A DNA stretch of 64,000 bases from Salisapilia sapeloensis CBS 127946. Lineage: Eukaryota; Protista; Oomycota. The stretch spans positions 1-64,000 of the forward strand of contig JAADVB010000009.1 in assembly GCA_023334545.1 (NCBI GenBank). Reading direction: 5' to 3'. The notes under the pieces are model-generated. The model made no database searches. It was given only the letters and a program-made list of their open reading frames with translations, and was not told the DNA's origin. Of this stretch, positions 55,677 to 64,000 are shown piece by piece (position 1 is the stretch's first letter; every line of letters starts with the position of its first letter). A program made the position numbers and the translations under genes.

Positions 55677-55962
55677 CTTCGTCTAGGACGTTACAGGTCG
55701 ACTCTACATCGTACAAAGCCCATTCGATTGAATAAGCAAACCCAAAGGGAGTAGACAGTAGTATTTATCATGTATACTACGTTGGAAGGCGCGTGGTAAA
55801 AGGAGCTTGTCGGTCGACCTCGAGCAGATCTCTGGTAGATGTTTCGAAGACAAGTGACGCTATCGTCTGATTCGCACAAAAGGATAGCATGTGCGTTCGA
55901 TTGGTTAATAAGATTTCCATCCGAGATGATCTTTTCGACATGCTAAACGACCTTTTCTTCCG

Positions 55963-57525
55963 ATGATCCGACTACTGGTCTCTCTCCTCCTTTTGCATAG
56001 CATCTACGCCGTAAACACTTGCACAGAAGAAGCTGTCAAGTGGGTGTGGCAAGGAGCTTTCACGTCGTCTTCTGTCTTGTTTAAAATCGGACTAGAAGAA
56101 GGACATACTTGCCACCAGAACTCGTTCGTCTTACGAGCGTATCCGGAACTCGTGGAGCATGAACATCCACACTCGTCGATCACGACGTGTGAGTTTGTCA
56201 ATGATGAATGGGCGCGTGTAGTTACGTGCAACGTCCAGAACCTACCGCATGCCAATCGCAAGTATCAGTACGAACTATCGCTCCAGCCTCGTCTCGAAGA
56301 TGCTGCGGACCAAGCGACCATCATCCTGCGTCAAGGCACGATCGATACACCTGTGGTGGAAGGCTCTCCCATGGACTTTCGCATGGCATTTGCTTCTTGT
56401 GCGGATGAATACTCAGATCCAGACGTACGTTCTAATGATACTATGCTCCTATCTACCTAACGAACGCTCCTCTAGGTCTTCGATGAGATCGCTTCTCACC
56501 ATCCGCTCTTCTTCCTACACATGGGCGACATCCACTACCACGACATCATTGCCAATTCGAAAAAAGTCTTCCGAGACGCCTACGACTCGATCTTTTCCTC
56601 TCCGTCCGGATCTCGCATGCTCGCCATGGACATCCCCATGCCATACATGTGGGACGACCATGACTTTGGTCCTGACAACAGTGACAGCACTGCTCCAGGT
56701 GCCAATGCATCGCTAGAAGTGTACAGACAAGTCGTTCCGCACTATCCTCTTCCGTCCGATCTCCATCCGAATCTCTACGATGCCCACTCCGCCATCTACC
56801 AGAGCTTTACTGTCGGTCGCGTGCGTGTTATCATGACTGACCTACGCTCTCAACGCACGCCAAACACATCTCCTGACAAGCCTTCTAAGACCGTGCTAGG
56901 TCCGAAGCAAAAGCAGTGGTTTAAAGAGGAACTCGTGCAAGCGACAGAAGACGAAAATATCCAACTCATTCTCTGGTGCAGTACCATGCCGTGGCTGGAT
57001 GACGAACGTAAGTGGGGGCACTTTCGACATGAACAACAGGAACTCGTGTCCTACATGCAGGCGCATGCTTTAAACAAATACGTTCCCATCGTCATCGTCA
57101 GTGGCGACGCTCATATGCTCGCAGTAGACGACGGCTCGCACAGTCCAGGCGGTCTACCTGTCCTCCACGCTGCGGCGCTAGGTCGTCCAGGAAGTATTAA
57201 GGGTGGACCGTACAGCCACGGAGCTCTCCCTGGAAGCGGCCAGTATGGAATCCTGGACATTCATGACGACGGAAGCAAGGTCTGCGTCGTCTATAAGGGT
57301 AAGAAACTTCATCAAGGGACGCAGATCGAGTACAGCACTTGTCATCCGGAGAGGACACCGCCTACGAACACGTACTATCCTCCTCCGATCTGGGTACGTC
57401 AGGTCTTGCGTGTGTGGAAGAAGTTCAGACGAACGTACTTGGCGCCTACAATCGTCTTCGTTGGCGCTGCTCTCCTGCTGCTCCTAGGTCTACGATCTAG
57501 ACATACGCGGACGAAGAAAGAATAA
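55963..57525 (+). CDS. phoD: PhoD-family alkaline phosphatase/phosphodiesterase with signal peptide and C-terminal TM, 2 exons
   Basis: Exons 55963-56424 and 56476-57525. FASC, HMGDIHY, WDDHDFG, DLRS, VLGPKQKQWF, SGDAH; hydrophobic N-terminus and C-terminal IVFVGAALLLLLGL. Confidence 0.88.
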
Positions 57526-57569
57526 AAATCAAATGACATTGCCTTGCGACCTACATATCCCTATTGACT

Positions 57570-59120
57570 CTAGCCAAAGCTCGGGGCACTTGCCTCGAAC
57601 GTCGTGTCGTGTAGGAAAGACGCGACGCCGAGGTGATGCAGCAATCTTTCGAAACTCACGGCAAAGTCAACGTACTGAAGCTTGATCTGAGTGTCCATGG
57701 AGGACGATGGGGAGAAGCAGTAGCAGATGGCTGCGTCTCCTGGTATCCGAATGTGCTTCTCCACGACGTTGCTGCCTTGGATGGATACACAAGACGTGTC
57801 TGTTACCACCTGCTTGACCTCCTTGGTCACTCTGTTCGTCGCACTGATCGTGAACGTCAGGACTTGGATGTCCTGACAAGCAATCTCCAACGGCCACGAG
57901 TCATTTGCGCCTCGCCATCGACCTTCCATACTTAGATCTCGCTCTTCCTCGACACTCTTGTGCTCTTCCTTGTACGCACTGTAGGCATGCTCTGGGACGC
58001 GTCCGTATGATAGAAAGATACGCAAGGCAGCGCTATTGGAGTTGGTAAAGACACCTTCTCGACGACAGGGAAGGTGGTGTTTCATCCCACCCACTTCGAT
58101 CGTACCAGAGTAGCTCCAATCCATCGGACGGAAGCCGACGGGATTGAAGAGGTACAACAGGTACGTGTTGCCTACTAGAGCGTTGACGACGATCTCGTCA
58201 TTCTGGAGACGATAGCGTAGCGAATTGTCGTCTAGGTGGATGGTCATGCCGGACAGTTCCTGTAGCTTCACCGCATTGTACTCTTGCTGTCGAGTGTGTT
58301 GAGGTAGTTCTCGCAGTAGCTCGGCTATGGTATCGTTCCCACCACTGCGATCAGCATCGGTAGATGTGCTGGAAGACAGGGACTCGAGTATACAAGGAGA
58401 CGAGATCGGACGATAGAGCACGTCGTCGATCGAAGCCCATACCTGCATCATGAGAGGAGAAGCAGACGAGAACGCAGCATCTGGGAATGCAAATGTACCG
58501 CGTAGTAAGGCGTTGGCATCTAGCAATACAGGAGCTGGGATAGCTGTATAGAGTTCGCTTTCAAAGAGAAGAGAGCCACGTAACGATGCAACCGAAGACA
58601 GGAGACTAAGGTGTTCTTGCAATAGACCGCGAGCGGCGTCGATAGCAGCAACACCGAGCAACGCAGAGATTTGCTGGACGGAGCGATTGATACGGAGAGA
58701 TAGATCGAACATCCTTTCACAGTGAGCGTACACAGCTGCGCGCTCTCTCGAGCTAAGCAAGCTGCGTTTAGCTGGTGCTGGAAAGCGTTGTGTGACGCCG
58801 TGGGCGTTCATAAGGTACACGCGCGCGGAGACGCGGTCGACGACATTACGAGCGAGGTGCCGACGTAGTTGGAACATGCGTCGCCAAGAGCCTTCTTGTG
58901 GCGTAAAGCTCGGCTGACCGAAGCGCGCTAGGAATCGCAGTCGCCATTCCAAGTCACATACTTCGTTTGCGTTGGTGTCCACGAGTGAGAGTGCTTGAAG
59001 TTGTGGGATGGATAGGAATTGGGTAATGTACGGCAGTGATAGACTCCATAGATCTCCGATCGTGGATATGGTAGAGGGGTGGTAAGAGGAGGTAGACGAT
59101 GGAGAAGGGAGCGTCTCCAT
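57570..59120 (-). CDS. Hypothetical protein, 516 aa, possible N-terminal F-box-like motif
   Basis: Long intronless ORF. LPYITQFLSIPQLQALSLVD...W..RF..RF...SWRRMF resembles an F-box plus following helix; the remainder is unassigned. Confidence 0.7.
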   Translation of the reverse strand: METLPSPSSTSSYHPSTISTIGDLWSLSLPYITQFLSIPQLQALSLVDTNANEVCDLEWRLRFLARFGQPSFTPQEGSWRRMFQLRRHLARNVVDRVSARVYLMNAHGVTQRFPAPAKRSLLSSRERAAVYAHCERMFDLSLRINRSVQQISALLGVAAIDAARGLLQEHLSLLSSVASLRGSLLFESELYTAIPAPVLLDANALLRGTFAFPDAAFSSASPLMMQVWASIDDVLYRPISSPCILESLSSSTSTDADRSGGNDTIAELLRELPQHTRQQEYNAVKLQELSGMTIHLDDNSLRYRLQNDEIVVNALVGNTYLLYLFNPVGFRPMDWSYSGTIEVGGMKHHLPCRREGVFTNSNSAALRIFLSYGRVPEHAYSAYKEEHKSVEEERDLSMEGRWRGANDSWPLEIACQDIQVLTFTISATNRVTKEVKQVVTDTSCVSIQGSNVVEKHIRIPGDAAICYCFSPSSSMDTQIKLQYVDFAVSFERLLHHLGVASFLHDTTFEASAPSFG

Positions 59121-60113
59121 GTGGCCTGTGAATAGTATAAATTCCTGTGTCTATTCTTAGCGTGAGACGGAGCCATGTGGAAACTGAGTATGTGTGTGCG
59201 CGCTGTGGTTTAAGGCTATCTTTCAAGCATCCTTGTCCTTCGAGTACGAGTCTCTTCTTGTGCGTTGCGTAGGATAGTATACGTACCCATGCAGTTGGAG
59301 CATGTAGAACTTTTGTATTGTCAAAAATACGCTGGGAAGAAAAATTGGAGCGAAGAGGGGCTGTTGGCGCTTGGATTCTCATGGCTGACGTAGAATCTGG
59401 GCGAGCACGTTTCCCTTATTGCGCATGTCGTCAGTTGCTTGGAGTGCAAATTAATCCACTGCGATAGTGAGGATTAAGGCGATGCGGAAACTCTGGGGAA
59501 TTGAACAGTGGAACCATGGAAAATTTATATCTTCGCCTGCTTTTTATGCCTTGCGATTGACCACGAGGAACACGCAGTAGAAACCATTGTTTACATTCCG
59601 CAAGGTTTCTGTACTCGAACTACCTCTACTTTTGTCTTGTAAGCAACTACAAGCTGGGTAGATTGTTAAAAGAAGTACTAGCCTTGGATCGCTTGATCTT
59701 ACTCAAACTCATTCTAGCGCATATAAGAATCGGCTACCTTTACTCTCTACAACTAAAATGAAAATGCACCAGAAACAAAGATCTGACTGAGCAGCATCCC
59801 ATGAGACAGACTTCACAGTACATAGTTTGAAGCGTACTGTAAAGGTCGGACCCCAAGGGCTGAGATCAGGTAGAAATCAAGTTGTATTCAGAAAGCATGC
59901 GAAAGGCACGACTCCTGCAGCATCACTTCATGGTCAAGATGTACTAGCCACACATCTACTAGCAACTGACTACAGTGAAGTTTTTCTATAACTTTGATTC
60001 CCATTAGCTTCAAAATGTCTCCGACACAAATTTTCATAAATATACCTCCTAGATCCGCTGAAGGATATCATTTTTGCAATAGTCTTCTGGGGGAGAGTTG
60101 AGATTAGTGGGAG

Positions 60114-61358
60114 ATGCATTCGAGCACGAACGTCTCTTCATCAAAAGCTCATGGCATCCTGCCGTCTCAACTGTTCCATGAACCAGAACTTGGTCCGGAC
60201 GAGCGTCGACGACTATATCGGGTCGCGCACAACCAAGGCGAACGACTTGCTCGTCGGCTGCATGATCCGCTTACAGATTCGGCATGCACTAAAGTGAAGC
60301 GTGTTGATTACCAAGATGGTGTCACGCTATTAGAAGAGAACTCTCGATCTCGTGCTCCCCGATCTTCCACCGGACCGGCTAAGCGACTACGAGCTACTTG
60401 TAGTATTCAAACAAGTTTGCGTGATTTCATTCAAGCGCTGTCATCTTCTATCCTACCAGGTGATATGGATGACATGGTTCGAGGTGTCCAAGACACTTTT
60501 GTCATCGCTCCTCTTGGTGGAGTCCCTGCATGTAAATCGATCGAGGGACCGCAGGCTGCAGTTTACACTGGTATCAATTGGTTTGCTCTGCCTCCCTCAG
60601 ATACCAAGAATGGTCATGACTTTGTCCTGCTTCAATACCAAGATTTCTTTACGCATCACGGTCGTCGTGGGTGGGTCCAAAGTATGCGTTCAATGGACAT
60701 CAAAGGCCTTCCGTCGGTCGAACAGACGCACGACTATAAGCGCTCGACATTATACGAGAGCGGTGTCGTTGCAATGGAAGCAGAAAGTGATCCGGACACT
60801 TTGATTGTCACCTTCTCGTTCGGTCTACGAGGAAATCGTTTCCACATGAATGCGAGCGTCTTAGAACCTCTATCCGAAGTTCAGCACCTAAGTGACGTTG
60901 CTCGACGTCGTGTCATGCGTCTAACTACTCTCAAGAAAGAATTGGAAGCATGGGCAACGCTACAAGGTCGATCATCAGGTACGAGCCATCGTCGCACACA
61001 GAGTTATCCACTTCCAAAGCCCCAGCAGATGACAGACTCTATCAAAGTACACGCTGCACTTGAAATCGATGACGAAGAACAGAATGATCAGCCTACAGAC
61101 TCTTCAAAGGAGTATATCCCATCTTTCCACCATCCGGAGATAACAGACACTGTGGAACTTCGTCCGATCCATTGGAAACCGAAGCGTCTAAGCAAAAAGC
61201 CCAGTATCCTAAAACTGCAAGATGCAGACACATTGGATCCGACGACAAAGAAGCCATCAAAGGAGCCTTCTACACCGAGGACCCGAGGCAAAACAGTGGT
61301 GAAAACACCGACCATGCTCGAGTTCCATCTACCAAGCAACAATGAAGTTGAGCTGTAA
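60114..61358 (+). CDS. START-like domain protein without FYVE finger, 414 aa
   Basis: HDFVLLQYQDFF..HGRRGWVQSMRSMDI, RSTLYESGVV match the same blocks in the two START-FYVE genes; low-complexity basic tail. Confidence 0.82.
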   Translation: MHSSTNVSSSKAHGILPSQLFHEPELGPDERRRLYRVAHNQGERLARRLHDPLTDSACTKVKRVDYQDGVTLLEENSRSRAPRSSTGPAKRLRATCSIQTSLRDFIQALSSSILPGDMDDMVRGVQDTFVIAPLGGVPACKSIEGPQAAVYTGINWFALPPSDTKNGHDFVLLQYQDFFTHHGRRGWVQSMRSMDIKGLPSVEQTHDYKRSTLYESGVVAMEAESDPDTLIVTFSFGLRGNRFHMNASVLEPLSEVQHLSDVARRRVMRLTTLKKELEAWATLQGRSSGTSHRRTQSYPLPKPQQMTDSIKVHAALEIDDEEQNDQPTDSSKEYIPSFHHPEITDTVELRPIHWKPKRLSKKPSILKLQDADTLDPTTKKPSKEPSTPRTRGKTVVKTPTMLEFHLPSNNEVEL

Positions 61359-61395
61359 ATGTACATTAAGTTTATGCAAGTAAAATATATTTTCT

Positions 61396-63340
61396 TTATT
61401 CCATCGATACTTTTCGACGCCGATCCGATCGTTCCGGTGCTACGAGCAACATATCTTCTTCTTCTCGACAGTCACTCACAGTCTCCACATCCGTCATCTC
61501 TATCTCTTCCTTCTCAACCTCCATCTTTATTTCCACCGGTCGCTCGACAAAGTAAGTCGCAGTACCACCAACAACCAAGACGGTTGTCGTGACCATCAAC
61601 AAGGTGGCAATATGTGGTGGAGGTCCGATGAGCAATCCATTAACAAACTGAGCACACATAGCTCCGATGCGTCCAGAGCAGTTGGATAGTGATAGACCAG
61701 TCGTCCTAGCTTCCGATGGGAAACCTTCAGCTGACAAAACACCAAACTACAAAACATCATTAATAGAGGACAGAAGATATATGACGATAAGACAGTACAG
61801 TATTCCAGGCGGCTGTGACGCAGGCATTAAAGAGACACGAGACGAGAACGATAACGGTAGGTGATCCAGTGAGGTTCATGGCAAAGAGAAGCGTAGAGCA
61901 GGCGGAGAAGAAGAATGAAGCCGATAGTAACTTGCGTCGTTCCACTCGATCCACTAGGTAGAGACTATTATAGGTTAGCAGTGGATACAGAGCCTAGGAT
62001 GTAGACAAGATCCTACCTAACTACGTTTCCCGGCAGGTTGGCAATGGCAAATAAGAAAGCGTTTCCGAATGGATTGTCCAGTCCAACGGTTTGGAAGATC
62101 TTACTGATCCATGTCGATAAGCCATAGGAGCCGAAGCTAAGGCAGTAGGCTGTGAGCATTAGCAGCACTGTCGTACGTAGTTGTGGAGGTCGAAAGATGA
62201 GTGGGACCAAGGACGCTTGGACACTCTGAAACACTTTGGCTTTCACTCGACTCTTGTCGTCCACTTCATCTACCATTTGGAACTGGACGTTACGAGACAA
62301 ACCATTAACTTGATGTATATGCTGGATGACAGCATTCACTTTCTGTGGTTGAGACGTCGATGCAAGGAAGTGAACGCTTTCAGGAATGTAATAGTAGGCT
62401 AGGAGGAGGCAGCACATCGATGGAAGACCAACGACTGCTGCAAACCATCGCCAGGATATGTCTAGGATGCGATTGCCATGTACGTCATTCCCGAGCATGA
62501 TCCACGCCACTGCAGCTGTGCTGATGGACCCGACCATCCAAAAGCAGCACAGGATGGTAATGTATCGACCTCGAGACGATACAGGTACGTGTTCTAAACA
62601 GAGCGCAAAGAGGGAGGAGACAACACCACCCACGCCTACGATTTTATGGATGAGGTAATGAAGAGAGAGGGAGGGAGGATGGTGGGATACCAAGCCCGGC
62701 GAGCGTTCGGAAGAGAATGAGCCAATAGATGTTCGGCGAAAAGGAAGAGAAGAAGGCGGAGGATGCGTTGATGAACAATGTAGTGAGCAAAACAGGTTTG
62801 CGACCGTACAAGTCTCCCACGATACCACCGATAAAGCCACCGACGAGCATCCCGGCAAAGACAGAGGCTGTCAACAGGCCTAGAGACAGCACTTTAGTTC
62901 ATATGTGGCCACAGGCGGACTGTGGGAGATGTTTACTTGACTGCCATGCAGTAATTGTGCCTTCACTGTCCTCGTATACGGTCAGGATATACCCGATAGC
63001 AAGAATCTCGACGGCATCCGCGACATTGCCCAGCCCCAATATCCTGTCATGGCGCATGTTACAATAAGACCACGTCTAGATATGACAGCAGAGTATCGTA
63101 AGACATACGTGACAATGCGTCTCTGAAAGTATCCACACCCGATCGCCTCCATCTCCTGTAATATCACAAACGATGCCTCTTATTAGACAAAAAACAAGCT
63201 TTACATGCTCCTTTAAGCATCCTACGAACACATACGTCATGCACAGCTTGCTTGAGCTCCTTGGTATCATTGACCAAGACAGTACCGTCATCCTCCACCG
63301 CAGGAGGTGACGGTGATCGCTCTACCGACATGTCCAGCAT
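61396..63340 (-). CDS. MFS transporter, SV2/sugar porter-like, multi-exon
   Basis: Spliced frame runs MLDMSVER..AVHD|EMEAIGCGYFQRRIVT|ILGLGNVADAVEIL..|LLTASVFAGMLVGG..GDLYGRK..LAGL|GVGG..EHVP..RG..PES..|LYLVDRVERR..|FGVLSAEGFPSEARTTG. All junctions GT-AG (about 6 introns). Confidence 0.88.
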
Positions 63341-63527
63341 CAGTCTGGCGGGTCGTGTACCCTGCCTCCGGATTGTAACATTTAACCGACATAACGGTGA
63401 CCTTCACTTCAAAGACAGCAGATGTACGTGGGATGCGGCAGCTCTCATTCCCAGATTCTTTTGCTTTATTCGACCATCTCTTCATCATCTCATTCCTGTA
63501 ACCCCTTCTTGTACTGGAATTGGATCT

Positions 63528-64000
63528 ATGGCTACTACTTCATTGGATCCAGTCGCTACAAGTGACGAGCAAAAGGGTGTGATGAATGCACAAGAGGAAG
63601 GTGGCAAGTACATGTGCGACGATTGTGAGCAGTATAGGGAGCAACTAGTCGATTGTGAAGCTTGTGGACTTTGTTACTGTACCGAATGTGATGCTCAAAT
63701 GCATCGAAAGGGAAAATTACGCTTCCATACGCGTCAAAATGCTGTTATGAACAATCAACCGGAGACGGATGAGCACGATGGCGTCCTACCAGACGACGTC
63801 ATGTCCTGGAGACAGAGGCATGTAGACCATTGGCTATCCGTACACTCCCTCACGACCTTCGAGAATGATTTTCATGCAGACTATGTTGATGGACCCTTCC
63901 TCTTACTTGGTGACATCGAGAGCTTCATTGAGTCGACGTCCAGAACCTCGAGAGGCCTGCGTAAAAAGCTACAGCGAGAGATACATAAAATCCGCTCTCA
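63528..64000 (+). CDS. 5' part of a B-box-type zinc finger + SAM domain protein, truncated by the window end
   Basis: Frame open from ATG 63528 to the end. CDDC..CEACG..YCTECDAQMH..H (B-box) then MSWRQRHVDHWL...DYVDGPFLL...GLRKKL (SAM-like). Confidence 0.75.
   Translation, partial: MATTSLDPVATSDEQKGVMNAQEEGGKYMCDDCEQYREQLVDCEACGLCYCTECDAQMHRKGKLRFHTRQNAVMNNQPETDEHDGVLPDDVMSWRQRHVDHWLSVHSLTTFENDFHADYVDGPFLLLGDIESFIESTSRTSRGLRKKLQREIHKIRS

Noticed and set aside
59845-59900. GGGCTGAGA on the plus strand and ACCTGATCT on the minus strand, reminiscent of a TPP riboswitch
   Set aside because: The two elements are overlapping opposite-strand readings of the same bases; the required UGAGA...ACCUGAU...UAAU...CGNAGG order on one strand is absent, and no thiamine gene is adjacent.
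1-64000. Search for selenoprotein UGA/SECIS, programmed frameshifts, non-canonical (GC-AG, AT-AC) introns, spliceosomal snRNAs, 5S rRNA and transposase/RT domains
   Set aside because: All rebuilt genes close with GT-AG introns and uninterrupted frames; no hallmark motifs of these elements were seen by eye. Covariance-model searches were not possible.

Overview
A compact eukaryotic genome segment, almost certainly from an oomycete. This rests on START+FYVE, bZIP+START-like and WLGC-LRR gene families typical of oomycetes, short GT-AG introns and a flagellar kinesin-II. I can support 25 protein-coding genes (two truncated by the window edges) and one tRNA-Gly(GCC). Several spliced genes that the ORF track fragments or misses were rebuilt by hand with frame-checked splice sites (MutS, hemC, WLGC-LRR, NOA1-like GTPase, PDE, GST, mS34, APC11, kinesin, bZIP, tetraspanin, PhoD, SV2-like MFS). 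I found no CRISPR array, intact transposon, rRNA or snRNA, and no clear multi-gene novel system. The best leads are: a possible dual-targeting N-terminal extension of alanyl-tRNA synthetase; a ~130-aa insertion next to the catalytic Glu of an ankyrin-WGR-PARP; an AT-rich island carrying an uncharacterised multi-TM LRR/WLGC protein; a small Cys/His protein head-to-head with insulysin; a 6-TM cyclase-like anchor fused to a phosphodiesterase; and an unnamed C-terminal motif shared by tandem START-FYVE paralogs. All family calls come from motif recognition by eye; no database searches were run.
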